Shown piece by piece: positions 15,974-25,539 of a stretch of DNA of 64,000 nt; position 1 is the stretch's first letter; the number at the start of each line of letters is the position of its first letter. A program made the position numbers and the translations under genes. The DNA comes from a virus (Duplodnaviria > Caudoviricetes). The notes under the pieces are model-generated. The model did no database searches. It was not told where the DNA came from and saw only the letters and a program-made list of their open reading frames with translations. The stretch covers positions 1-64,000 of the IMG/VR virus record IMGVR_UViG_2832349384_000006; one strand, given 5' to 3'.

Positions 15974-16747
15974 ATGCCCGCGTCAACAGTCACGAGCACA
16001 CCCGCCTATTGGAGTGCCGAGACCTTGAAAAATCACGTTAATGCAGTTGTATCACGCGCCAGCGGAAAGCCGGCGCCGATCGTCTACGCTGGCGAAACCG
16101 TCGGTTTTGGATGTGACGATCTCCACGTAGCAACGATCCCGGTTTGGCTTGCCCGCCTGGTGATCAGCCATTTTCACTACAGCAAGCGCGTAGTGAACAA
16201 CTCCTATTTGCATCTGGGTATTTTTGACGGCCGCGAGCTGGTGGGCGTCATGCAGTGGGGCTACGCGATGAACCCGAGCAGCGGGGCGCGCGTCGTGACC
16301 GGCACCGGCAACCGCGAATACATGGAGTTAAACCGGCTCTGGGTGCATGATCGGATGCCGCGCAATACTGAATCACGCGCAATCAGCTATGCGCTGAAAA
16401 CCATCAAGTTGCTCTATCCCGCTGTGGATTGGGTGCAGACGTTCGCCGACGAACGCTGTGGCCGGTTCGGCGTCGTGTATCAGGCGAGCAATTTCGATTA
16501 CGTCGGCAGCCATCAAACGACGTTCTACGAGCTCGACGGCGAGTGGTATCACAAGATCGCCATGACGACGAAAGGGCGCAAGGCTGGCGCCCGTGGTAAT
16601 TTCCTGCAGGCGAACGCACACCGCGCCACCGCCCACACATTTAATCAGTTCAGGTATATCCGCTTTCTAAATAAGCGGGCGCGCAGGCGGCTAAACACGA
16701 AGCTGTTCAGCCCGAAGCCATACCCGAAACCTGAGAATTCACCCTAG
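15974..16747 (+). CDS. mom: Mom-family adenine modification enzyme (start uncertain: ATG 15974 or TTG 16025)
   Basis: Long stretches match Mu Mom as I recall it: [64 protein letters not shown]. Confidence 0.92.
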   Translation: MPASTVTSTPAYWSAETLKNHVNAVVSRASGKPAPIVYAGETVGFGCDDLHVATIPVWLARLVISHFHYSKRVVNNSYLHLGIFDGRELVGVMQWGYAMNPSSGARVVTGTGNREYMELNRLWVHDRMPRNTESRAISYALKTIKLLYPAVDWVQTFADERCGRFGVVYQASNFDYVGSHQTTFYELDGEWYHKIAMTTKGRKAGARGNFLQANAHRATAHTFNQFRYIRFLNKRARRRLNTKLFSPKPYPKPENSP

Positions 16748-16773
16748 CCCGGCAGCCGCCGGGTTTTCTTTTT
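16748..16773 (+). terminator. Terminator after mom
   Basis: CCCGGC/GCCGGG stem plus T-rich tail. Confidence 0.7.
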
Positions 16774-16813
16774 CATCACCCGACGATCGGGCCAGCCCCG
16801 ACAGGGGGAGGAC

Positions 16814-17149
16814 ATGAAAATGCCTGATAAAAACCCCGACTTGTGGGCGCAACTGATTGCATGGCTTGCCGCTCACAAGGAGGGCGGCGGCTATGCGGCC
16901 ACGGCTGCGCTTATGGCGTTACTGCGCAGCGCATACGTTGGCCAGCAAGGATGGACGCGGCGACTAATTGACGCCGCCATGTGCGCGATGGTCGCGTATT
17001 TCATCAAAGATTGCCTGGCTGCGATCGGCTGGGATTCCACATATGCCTATCTCGGCAGCATGTTTATCGGCTATGCCGGCGTCGACTATTTCGGAAATAT
17101 GCTGCGCCGCATCGCCAGCAGCCGCACAGGCTCCCCACGACAGGAATAA
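16814..17149 (+). CDS. Lambda S-family holin with Met-Lys-Met dual start
   Basis: MKM start, three hydrophobic segments, IGYAGVD motif, basic C-terminus. Confidence 0.88.
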   Translation: MKMPDKNPDLWAQLIAWLAAHKEGGGYAATAALMALLRSAYVGQQGWTRRLIDAAMCAMVAYFIKDCLAAIGWDSTYAYLGSMFIGYAGVDYFGNMLRRIASSRTGSPRQE

Positions 17150-17152
17150 TTC

Positions 17153-17776
17153 ATGACTCAGGATCAATTCAAAGAGGCGGCCGGTATTGGCGCCGGACTG
17201 GCCGCGCGCTGGTTTCCACATCTGGAGGCGACGTTCGCCGAGTTTGGCATCACCTCGCCGGTGGCGCAGGCAATGTTCATTGCTCAGGTAGGGCATGAGT
17301 CGGCCGGTTTCACCGCGGTCGCGGAATCGTTCAACTACAGCGTGGCCGGCTTGCAATCGACCTTTGGCAAGCGGCTAACTGCGGAGCAATGCAAAATGCT
17401 TGGGCGCCAGCGCGGCGAATCGGTGGTGCCGGGGAACCGCCAGGCGGCGATCGCGAATCTCGTCTACGGCGGCCGCCTGGGTAACAAATCTACCGGGGAT
17501 GGTTGGAAATACCGCGGGCGCGGCCTGATCCAGATCACCGGCGCCGACAATTATCGCGCCTGCAGCGCCGGCATCAAAACCGATTTGCTGTTGGTGCCTG
17601 ACCTGCTGGAAAAAGACGAGTACGCGATGCGCTCCGCTGGCTGGTTCTGGAAATCGCGGAATTGTGGCCAGTACGCCGGCGACGTCGAACGGGTGACGCT
17701 GCTGATCAACGGCGGCAATAACGGGCTGGCAGACCGCAAAGAACGATTTGAGCGTGCGCGCCAGGCACTGGCATGA
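17153..17776 (+). CDS. Glycoside hydrolase family 19 endolysin
   Basis: FIAQVGHES and YRGRGLIQITG..NY motifs. Confidence 0.92.
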   Translation: MTQDQFKEAAGIGAGLAARWFPHLEATFAEFGITSPVAQAMFIAQVGHESAGFTAVAESFNYSVAGLQSTFGKRLTAEQCKMLGRQRGESVVPGNRQAAIANLVYGGRLGNKSTGDGWKYRGRGLIQITGADNYRACSAGIKTDLLLVPDLLEKDEYAMRSAGWFWKSRNCGQYAGDVERVTLLINGGNNGLADRKERFERARQALA

Positions 17777-18159
17777 GCGGCTGGCTCTCAAAACTGGCCG
17801 GCGGGGGAATGTTGCTCCTGCTGGTGGCGTCAATTTGCCTCGGTGGTTACAGCTCGCTGCTGTCGCACCGGTTGGAGCTGGCACGCCAGCAGGTTGCAGA
17901 GCAGAAAAAGACGCTGGCGCAGCAGGCAGGACTGATCACCACACTGCGCGCGGATGACGCCCGTAATCGCGCAATGATGGCTGAACAGCAACGGAGAGAG
18001 CAGCAGCTACGCCAGCAGGGCGAAAACTACCAGAGGAAATATCAGGATGCCATTAAAAATGACGAGTGCGCCCGCCGCACTGCTCCTGGTGCTGTTCTTG
18101 ACCTCCTGCGCGGAACGGACACCACCGCCGCCGGCGCCGCTCGTGCTGTTTCCCCCTGA
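17773..18159 (+). CDS. i-spanin (Rz-like)
   Basis: N-terminal TM segment plus coiled coil after the endolysin. Confidence 0.8.
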   Translation: MSGWLSKLAGGGMLLLLVASICLGGYSSLLSHRLELARQQVAEQKKTLAQQAGLITTLRADDARNRAMMAEQQRREQQLRQQGENYQRKYQDAIKNDECARRTAPGAVLDLLRGTDTTAAGAARAVSP

Positions 18160-18316
18160 ATCGGTGTTCACCCCCTGCGAGCAACCAAAACTGCAGGGTG
18201 AAACATGGGGTGACATTGGCAGCCACGCGCTGGCGCTTCAAACAGCGTTATCAATCTGCGCCGGCCAGGTGGCCACGCTTAATCAATGGCGGAAAAGTAT
18301 CAGAAAAGACCCATAG
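18059..18316 (+). CDS. o-spanin lipoprotein (Rz1-like)
   Basis: Lipobox LTSC, Pro-rich, overlaps the i-spanin 3' end in another frame. Confidence 0.8.
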   Translation: MTSAPAALLLVLFLTSCAERTPPPPAPLVLFPPESVFTPCEQPKLQGETWGDIGSHALALQTALSICAGQVATLNQWRKSIRKDP

Positions 18317-18434
18317 CATTACAGGTGGCCTTTGCGAGGGCCATCGATAATGCAAAATAACCAAAGTCGTCTACCTGCACCCACCGCGCACCCAGCGCAC
18401 CGGCAGGCTGATGGCTTTTTTTATGGAGAATGCT

Positions 18435-19238
18435 ATGTCACAACCGGAAGAAAGCGGCCTCGAGCGCGATTACTGTGCCGGTCAACTTTCTCTCCGCGAC
18501 CTGGCAGAGATATACGGCATCAGTGAGGGGGCAATCAGGAAGCGCGCCAAAAAGCACGGCTGGGTACGCAAGGGAAAGAGCGGTACGCAAAAAGGTACGC
18601 AGGTACGCAAAAGCGGTACGCAAAAAACCAAAGTGCGTACCGGAGGACGTAGCGCCAAATCTGGAAGCATCCAGGAAAGCGACGAAGCCCATGAGCCAAA
18701 AACGAAACCGATTCGTGGCAAACGCACAGACCCGCCTGTTAACCCCTTCGGTGCAAACAACCGAGCCGCTCTGAAACATGGTGGCTATGCCCGGCGGATG
18801 CTCCTTCCTGACGATGTGATTGAAGATGCCGAAGCGATGGGGCTGGAGGATGAACTGCGCCGGGTGCAGGCGTCCAACCTGATTGCAGCGGCGAATATTG
18901 GCCGATGGGGTGAAGCGCTCCGCGATGAAGAAAGCGAAGAGCGAAAAAAAATCCTCCGCGAAAACATCCGCGGCGCTGAACAGGCAATGGATCGCAACAC
19001 GGCGCGCATCGAGTCGATTTTGCGTACCTTCAGCCAGCTGGCCGTTAGCGAGGCGATGCTGCCAAAAATTGAAGCAGATACCGATTTTCGCCGCGCGGCA
19101 ACGGACAAGACTCGCCTGGAGTGCGAAAAGCTGGGTAAAGAACTGGCCGACGATGACGACAACGACACGCCGAAGCCGGTGGCTATCAACATCAACGTGG
19201 TAGACGCCAGGAGGGATGATGATAGCGCCGACGCTTAA
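18435..19238 (+). CDS. Terminase small subunit
   Basis: N-terminal HTH (SLRDLAEIYGISEGAIRKRAKKHGW), N.LKHGGY motif, overlaps terL. Confidence 0.8.
   Translation: MSQPEESGLERDYCAGQLSLRDLAEIYGISEGAIRKRAKKHGWVRKGKSGTQKGTQVRKSGTQKTKVRTGGRSAKSGSIQESDEAHEPKTKPIRGKRTDPPVNPFGANNRAALKHGGYARRMLLPDDVIEDAEAMGLEDELRRVQASNLIAAANIGRWGEALRDEESEERKKILRENIRGAEQAMDRNTARIESILRTFSQLAVSEAMLPKIEADTDFRRAATDKTRLECEKLGKELADDDDNDTPKPVAININVVDARRDDDSADA
18563..18641. repeat. GGTACGCA x5 direct plus one inverted copy inside terS; candidate pac region
   Basis: Copies at 18563, 18582, 18594, 18602, 18615; inverted at 18634-18641. Confidence 0.55.
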
Positions 19239-20526
19239 TATTCCTCAGGCTCGTTTTCTGGCGATGCAGCACAAGTTCAAAGCCTACGTGGCCGGGTTCG
19301 GTTCTGGCAAAACGTGGGTAGGGTGCGGCGGTATCTGCAAGGGCATGTGGGAGTTTCCCCGCATTAACCAGGGCTACTTTGCGCCGACTTATCCGCAGAT
19401 CCGCGATATTTTTTACCCGACGGTCGAGGAAGTGGCGCACGACTGGGGGATGCGCGTCCAGATCAACGAGAGCAACAAAGAGGTGCATTTCTACGCCGGC
19501 CGGCAGTACCGCGGAACGACGATCTGCCGCTCGATGGAAAAGCCGGAAACTATCGTCGGTTTTAAAATCGGTAACGCGCTGATCGACGAGCTCGACGTGA
19601 TGAAAAAGGAGAAGGCACAAAAGGCCTGGCGAAAAATCATCGCGCGTATGCGTTACAAGGTGGACGGGCTACGCAATGGGATCGACGTCACCACGACGCC
19701 GGAAGGGTTCAAATTCGTTTGGCTCCAGTTTGTCAAAGAGGTACGCGACAAACCAGAGCTGGCGACGCTGTACGGCCTTGTGCAGGCGTCGACGTTCGAC
19801 AACGAAAAGAACCTGCCGCCGGACTACATTCCCTCACTGATGGGGAGCTATCCGCCGGAGCTGATAAAAGCCTACCTGCGCGGCCAGTTTACCAACCTGA
19901 CGAGCGGCACCATTTACCACCAGTTCGATCGCCGTTTGAACAACTGCGACGAGGTGGAACAGCCCGGCGAGCCGCTTTACATCGGGATGGATTTCAACGT
20001 CGGCAAAATGGCGGGTATCGTTCACGTTCTGCGCCTTGGGCTGCCGTGCGCGGTTAACGAAATCATCAACGCGTACGACACCCCCGACATGATCCGCATC
20101 ATCAAGGAGCGTTTCTGGCTCTACGACGGCGCCGATTATCGTAAGGTGCGAGAAATTTACATCTACCCGGATGCGTCCGGCGATTCCCGCAAGTCGAACA
20201 ACGCCAGCAAAACGGATATTGCCCAGCTGCAGGATGCCGGTTTTAACGTGATAGTCGATAACGCCAACCCGCCGGTGAAAGACCGCATCAACGCGATGAA
20301 TGCCATGTTCTGTAATGCCAACGGCGAACGGCGCTACAAGGTCAACGTGGCACGTTGCCCGGTTTATACCGAATGCCTTGAGCAGCAGGTATGGGATGAA
20401 AAAACCGGTGAACCGGATAAAAAATCCGACAATGACCACCCCAACGACGGCGCCGGCTACTACATCCACAAAACCTTCCCGATCATCAAGCCGGTGACCA
20501 ACCTCAACATAGGATTCGCATACTGA
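19216..20526 (+). CDS. Terminase large subunit
   Basis: Walker A AGFGSGKT, Walker B LIDE, nuclease GMDFN and DHPND motifs. Confidence 0.93.
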   Translation: MMIAPTLNIPQARFLAMQHKFKAYVAGFGSGKTWVGCGGICKGMWEFPRINQGYFAPTYPQIRDIFYPTVEEVAHDWGMRVQINESNKEVHFYAGRQYRGTTICRSMEKPETIVGFKIGNALIDELDVMKKEKAQKAWRKIIARMRYKVDGLRNGIDVTTTPEGFKFVWLQFVKEVRDKPELATLYGLVQASTFDNEKNLPPDYIPSLMGSYPPELIKAYLRGQFTNLTSGTIYHQFDRRLNNCDEVEQPGEPLYIGMDFNVGKMAGIVHVLRLGLPCAVNEIINAYDTPDMIRIIKERFWLYDGADYRKVREIYIYPDASGDSRKSNNASKTDIAQLQDAGFNVIVDNANPPVKDRINAMNAMFCNANGERRYKVNVARCPVYTECLEQQVWDEKTGEPDKKSDNDHPNDGAGYYIHKTFPIIKPVTNLNIGFAY

Positions 20527-21944
20527 TGTCCACGCAAAACATCGATTATCGCCACCCGGCATACCGCGAGTTTCTGCCCGAGTGGGAGCTCGTCGGTGAC
20601 TGCGTTGATGGTGAGCGAAAAATTAAAAAGCGCGGCAAAAAATACCTGCCGCACCCCAGCAGCGACAGCGTCAACGACGACCCACAGGATATTCGCTACA
20701 AGGCGTATAAGCAGCGGGCGCCATTTATCAATGCGACCGGGCGGACGCTCTCCGGCCTGCTGGGTATCGCCTTCAACAAGCCGGTAAAAATCACGCTTAC
20801 TGGCCGCGTTGCGGAACTGGAGGCGGACGCCGACGGCGAGGGGCAACCACTCACGCAACTGATCCGCGATAGCGTCAGCCAGAATCTGCAGCGTGGGCGC
20901 GCCGGTATCCTGACGGACTACACCGCCTCAGGTAGCCAGACGCTGGCGCGGCTTGGCCGTCCAATCCTGCGCCTGTTCACCGCCAAAGAAATCATTAACT
21001 GGCGCGTGACCGCCGGTAAGACGTCGCTGGTGGTGGTTCACTACGTCGAACCCGTGGATGACCCGCAGAATTTCGAGCTGTTGCTGCAAAAGGTGTGGAT
21101 CGAGCTGCGCCTGGTTAATGGACTGGCGTACGCCCGCCGTTGGCAGCAGAGCGCCGCCGGCATGATGGAGGGAAAGCTGGTCGAGCTGAAAGACAGCGCC
21201 GGCAAGCAGCTTACGGAGTTGCCGTGGTCATGGATTGGCTCGAGCAACAACGATCACACCCCTGATGCGCCGCCGCTGGCTGATATCGCCAACGTGAACG
21301 TTAAGCACTACCAGGCGGAAGCGGATATCGCCGAAATATCGCACCTCACCGGACAGCCAACAATTGCAGTAGGCGGCCTGGATCAGCAATGGGCCGATAA
21401 ATATCTATCGAGTGGCGTCAAAGTCGGTTCAACGAAGGGCATTTTACTGCCAAAAGACGGCGTGATCAGCATCGTGCAGGCCGAAGACCGCAATTTGCCG
21501 CTGACGGTGGCCGAACGCCGCGAAAAGCAGATGGCCATGCTGGGTGCGAAGCTGGTGGAGCGCAACACCTCCGCCCGCACCGCAACGCAGGCCACGGACG
21601 AGGCCCAGACCGATAACAGCATCCTGTCCCTGTGCGTCGGCAACGTGGAGCAGGCCATCAACCGGGCGCTGACGTTCGCGGTGATGTTTGCCGGCAGTGG
21701 TGAGGCTACGATCGAGCTGAACAAACGCTATGAAATCTCCGCGCTGGATTCCGCGGCGCTGGCGGTACTGATGCAGATGGTGCAGTCCGGCCAGATGCTG
21801 CTGGTCGACTTTATCCGCTACCAGCAGAGCATCGGCCTGATTGACCAGAGCATGACGCCGGAGGAGGTGGAGGATTTGCTGCGCAACCAGGCGCCGGACC
21901 TGACAGGAGGCGGACGTGAGGACGATAAACAGCCGCCTGCTTGA
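20526..21944 (+). CDS. Portal protein (DUF4055-like)
   Basis: Size and position after terL. Confidence 0.8.
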   Translation: MSTQNIDYRHPAYREFLPEWELVGDCVDGERKIKKRGKKYLPHPSSDSVNDDPQDIRYKAYKQRAPFINATGRTLSGLLGIAFNKPVKITLTGRVAELEADADGEGQPLTQLIRDSVSQNLQRGRAGILTDYTASGSQTLARLGRPILRLFTAKEIINWRVTAGKTSLVVVHYVEPVDDPQNFELLLQKVWIELRLVNGLAYARRWQQSAAGMMEGKLVELKDSAGKQLTELPWSWIGSSNNDHTPDAPPLADIANVNVKHYQAEADIAEISHLTGQPTIAVGGLDQQWADKYLSSGVKVGSTKGILLPKDGVISIVQAEDRNLPLTVAERREKQMAMLGAKLVERNTSARTATQATDEAQTDNSILSLCVGNVEQAINRALTFAVMFAGSGEATIELNKRYEISALDSAALAVLMQMVQSGQMLLVDFIRYQQSIGLIDQSMTPEEVEDLLRNQAPDLTGGGREDDKQPPA

Positions 21945-23028
21945 TGAGACGCTCGCGCACGCGCTGTTTGTCTCTCGCTATTCGACCGGCGTCGCCCGGC
22001 GAATGGTGAAAATTCTCGACCAGGCGGACGCCGAGCTTTCTTCAAAATTGCTGATGGCGCTGGATGACCTGGACCCGCAGAGCTTCACTGTTCGCCGCCT
22101 TGATTCACTGCTGGCCGGCGTGCGGGATATCAACAGGCAGGTTTACCAGCGGCTTTACGGGGCGCTTAGCGACGAGCTGGGCGATTTTATCGGGTACGAG
22201 GGCGGTTTTCAGTTCAGCCTGTTTGATTCTCTGCTGCCCGACCTGGTGAAACAGCGTTACCCGCTTATCAGCCTGACACCGCAGCAGGTTTACGCCGCAG
22301 CGCTGGCGCGGCCGTTTCAGGGGCGCTTGCTGAGCGAATGGGCCGACAAGCTGGAAAGCGACCGACTACAGCGCATCAGCAACGCCGTGAGCCAGGGTTA
22401 TCTGCAGGGGGAAACGACAGACCAGATTTATCGGCGGATCCGCGGCACCCGCGCACGAAATTATCAGGACGGTGTTTTGCAAACCGGCCGGGCCAATGCA
22501 ACCAGCGTGATAAAAACCGCCGTCAGCCATATGGCGGCTGTATCGCGCACGGAATTCGCCCAGGCCAACGCCGACGTTATCGACTGCAAGCAATGGTTGG
22601 CAACCCTCGATAACAAGACGACGCCGACCTGCATCGTGCGCGATCGCCTGCGCTACACGCTGGACAACAAACCCATCGGCCACAGGGTGCCCTATGGCGC
22701 CGGTCCGGGGCGGATCCATTTCTGCTGCCGGTCGGTGGAAACACTGGTGGTGAAATCGTGGCGTGCACTGGGTATCGATGCCGACGAAATGCCGGCGGGC
22801 ACGCGCGCCAGTATGGATGGTCAGGTCCCGGCGGAAACCAATTATCGGGACTGGCTGCAACGACAGCCCTACCGGCGCCAGGTAGAGGTATTGGGCGAAA
22901 CCCGTGCCCGCCTGATGCGCGACGGCGGTATGCGGCCGGCGGAATTCTTCTCCGACAAAGGGGAGTGGCTCAGCCTGCAGCAGCTGCGAGAAATTGACGA
23001 ACGGGCGTTTTCGGACGCCGGACTATAG
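21916..23028 (+). CDS. Minor head protein (SPP1 gp7 / Mu F family)
   Basis: QWLATLDNKTTPTC and HFCCRS motifs. Confidence 0.85.
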   Translation: MRTINSRLLDETLAHALFVSRYSTGVARRMVKILDQADAELSSKLLMALDDLDPQSFTVRRLDSLLAGVRDINRQVYQRLYGALSDELGDFIGYEGGFQFSLFDSLLPDLVKQRYPLISLTPQQVYAAALARPFQGRLLSEWADKLESDRLQRISNAVSQGYLQGETTDQIYRRIRGTRARNYQDGVLQTGRANATSVIKTAVSHMAAVSRTEFAQANADVIDCKQWLATLDNKTTPTCIVRDRLRYTLDNKPIGHRVPYGAGPGRIHFCCRSVETLVVKSWRALGIDADEMPAGTRASMDGQVPAETNYRDWLQRQPYRRQVEVLGETRARLMRDGGMRPAEFFSDKGEWLSLQQLREIDERAFSDAGL

Positions 23029-23091
23029 CGACCGCCACTCGGCGGTTTTTTTATGCTCGCGGCCTGGGGCCGCAACATCACAACGGGGTTG

Positions 23092-23790
23092 ATGATGAAA
23101 TTCAAAATCACGAAAGACGAGTACAACGCGCTGAATGACGTGCAAAAGGCGCTCTATAAAGAGTCCGGCGACGGCTACCAGGTTCAGATCGAAGGCATGC
23201 CCGACACGTCAGAACTCGACGGCCTGAAAAAGAAGGTCGACGAGCTGATGACCGAAAAGAAAACGGAGCAGGCAGCGCGGCGTAAGGCCGAGGAAGACGC
23301 CAAAAAAGCGGCGGAAGAGCAGGCCAAGAAAAACGGCGACGTTGAGGCGCTGGAAAAATCCTGGGCGCAAAAACTGGCCGACGCCGAAGCGAAGTCGAAA
23401 GCGGAAATCGCGTCGCTGAATACCAGTCTGCATGGCCTGCTGGTGGACAACGTGGCGCAGAAACTGGCGACTGAACTGGCGGGCGACGCCGCGCCGGTGA
23501 TGCTGCCACACATCAAATCACGCCTGGCCATTGAAGAAAAAGACGGTCAGCACGTGACGCGCATCCTTGACGGTGCCGGCAAGCCAAGCGCGGCCAGCAT
23601 CGATGAACTGAAAAAAGAATTCGTCGGTAACCCGGCCTTCAAGGGCGTGATTATCGGCAGCAAAGCCAGCGGAACCGGGGGTAACGGTGGCGGCAACCCT
23701 GGCGCCGGGGGCGGCGGGAATGGAAATGGCGACAACCCAGATTCACTGGTGAGCCGTGCACGACAAATTATCGAAAACAATCAGGAGTAA
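23092..23790 (+). CDS. Capsid scaffold protein
   Basis: Coiled-coil, Gly-rich C-terminus, immediately before the capsid gene. Confidence 0.75.
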   Translation: MMKFKITKDEYNALNDVQKALYKESGDGYQVQIEGMPDTSELDGLKKKVDELMTEKKTEQAARRKAEEDAKKAAEEQAKKNGDVEALEKSWAQKLADAEAKSKAEIASLNTSLHGLLVDNVAQKLATELAGDAAPVMLPHIKSRLAIEEKDGQHVTRILDGAGKPSAASIDELKKEFVGNPAFKGVIIGSKASGTGGNGGGNPGAGGGGNGNGDNPDSLVSRARQIIENNQE

Positions 23791-23793
23791 CGC

Positions 23794-24756
23794 ATGTCCC
23801 TCATTATTTTTCAGCAGCAAGTTTCTACCGCCGCGACTGAGCTGGTGGATCAGGAAGTGCAGAAGTTTAACGCCGCCTCGGGCGGCACTCTCATTTTGGG
23901 TAACGGCGATCACATTGGTGATTTTATCGAACAAACCAGCTGGCAGTTGATTGGCGGGCTCGCTCAGCGCCGTAATGCGTACGCGGATAAAAAATTAACG
24001 CCGGATGAGCTGGGCCAGCTGCTGGATCGCATGGTGAAAGTTGATGGACGTATTGGTCCTGTCAGCGTCACCCCTACCATGATGAAGCGCCTGGGGAAAG
24101 ACGTCTCAGAGGCGGCAGCAGTTGTTGCAGCACAGGCGGCTGAGGCGATGATTCAGGACTACCTGAACACCACCTGCGGCGCACTGAAAGCGGCGATTTC
24201 CACCAATAGCGGAATGATCACCGATCTCTCCGGTGCCGCCGGCAGCGCGGTTAAACCGTCACTGCGTGGCCTGAACAAAGGCGCCCGACCAATGGGGGAT
24301 GCGTTCTCCCGACTGTTGGCCTGGGTGATGGATGGTGCAACCTACAACGACTTCATCGATGAGGCGCTGACGAATGCCAACAGCCTTTTCAAGATCGGTA
24401 ACGTGAACGTGATGCAAGATGGCCTCGGTCGCCGTTTCATCATTTCCGATATCCCGGCCCTTGCTGATGACAACTTGCAGCATGTGCTGGGCTTGACCTC
24501 TGCCGCCGCGGCAGTACAGACCACGCCGCTGATCATGAAAGCGCAGGACGTTCTGGGTAACGAAAACCTGAAAGCCCTGATGCAGGGCGAGTACGATTTC
24601 ACTATCGGGCTGAAAGGCTATCAGTGGAAAAACGATAACCTCAAGTCACCAACGGACGCACAACTGACCACCGGCGCAAACTGGAACAAGGTGCGCACCA
24701 GTAACAAGGATACCGCTGGCGTTATGGTGACCTTCGGGGAGAAAGCCGCAAAGTAA
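23794..24756 (+). CDS. Major capsid protein
   Basis: 320 aa, position in the head module. Confidence 0.85.
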   Translation: MSLIIFQQQVSTAATELVDQEVQKFNAASGGTLILGNGDHIGDFIEQTSWQLIGGLAQRRNAYADKKLTPDELGQLLDRMVKVDGRIGPVSVTPTMMKRLGKDVSEAAAVVAAQAAEAMIQDYLNTTCGALKAAISTNSGMITDLSGAAGSAVKPSLRGLNKGARPMGDAFSRLLAWVMDGATYNDFIDEALTNANSLFKIGNVNVMQDGLGRRFIISDIPALADDNLQHVLGLTSAAAAVQTTPLIMKAQDVLGNENLKALMQGEYDFTIGLKGYQWKNDNLKSPTDAQLTTGANWNKVRTSNKDTAGVMVTFGEKAAK

Positions 24757-25010
24757 TAGCGGTATCAGGTGTGACGCTTAACAAGACCTCGACCTCTCTG
24801 GCCGTCGGCGCGAATGAAACGCTGACGGCAACCGTGGCGCCGGAAGACGCCACGAACAAAGGGATCAACTGGTCAACATCTGATGCCGCAAAAGCAACGG
24901 TTGAAAACGGGAAAGTTACCGGTGTGGCGGCCGGCGCGGCAACCATCACAGCGACCACGGAGGACGGCGGAAAAACCGCAGCCTGCGAGGTTACCGTGAC
25001 CGCGCCGTAA
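24753..25010 (+). CDS. Ig-like (Big_2) domain in the -1 frame of the capsid gene, probably fused by frameshift
   Basis: -1 frame reads K-V-I-A-V-S-G-V-T-L-N-K-T... across the capsid stop; classical Big_2 pattern. Confidence 0.75.
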   Translation, partial: VIAVSGVTLNKTSTSLAVGANETLTATVAPEDATNKGINWSTSDAAKATVENGKVTGVAAGAATITATTEDGGKTAACEVTVTAP

Positions 25011-25016
25011 TAGTTT

Positions 25017-25036
25017 GGGGCTTCGGCCCCGTTTTT
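25017..25036 (+). terminator. Terminator after the capsid/Ig unit
   Basis: GGGGC-TTCG-GCCCC-GTTTTT. Confidence 0.8.
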
Positions 25037-25049
25037 ATTGGGGGTGATC

Positions 25050-25538
25050 ATGCTAATAACGGATCCCGCTTCGCCGGATTTCAACAGCTACGTCAGCGTG
25101 CGGGATGCTCGTGACTTTGCTACGACGCGCGGCTATTCGTTGCCGGACGATGACAGCGAATGCGAAACGCTGCTGATGCAGGCGATGGATTACCTGGCAG
25201 GGCAAAGCTGGCGCGGCTCCCGTTCATCGCCGGATCAGGCGCTGCCGTGGCCGCGCTCCGGTGTGATAGTGGACGGTGTGCCGCTGGCCAGTGACAAAAT
25301 CCCGCGCCAGCTGATCCAGGCACAGTGGCGCCTGGCGGTAGAAGCTCAGGAAACCGACCTGACGCCAAGCTTTGCCGGTGGCGGCGAAGTGGTAGCGGAA
25401 AGCGTCTCCGGCGCTGTGGCGGTGCAGTATGCCGAGGGCTCAAGCGGAAACGCGCCGTACTTCTCGTGGTTGGCCGGCCTGCTTAATGGGCTGCTCGGCG
25501 GGGGCGGCGGCATTAATTTTGACGTAATGCGGGGCTGA
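25050..25538 (+). CDS. Head-tail adaptor
   Basis: NSYVSV and QALPWPR motifs; position. Confidence 0.75.
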   Translation: MLITDPASPDFNSYVSVRDARDFATTRGYSLPDDDSECETLLMQAMDYLAGQSWRGSRSSPDQALPWPRSGVIVDGVPLASDKIPRQLIQAQWRLAVEAQETDLTPSFAGGGEVVAESVSGAVAVQYAEGSSGNAPYFSWLAGLLNGLLGGGGGINFDVMRG

Positions 25539-25539
25539 C

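Noticed and set aside
15856-16814. tRNA genes between Q and lysis, common in lambdoid phages
   Set aside because: No cloverleaf or T-loop motif found; the slot is occupied by mom.
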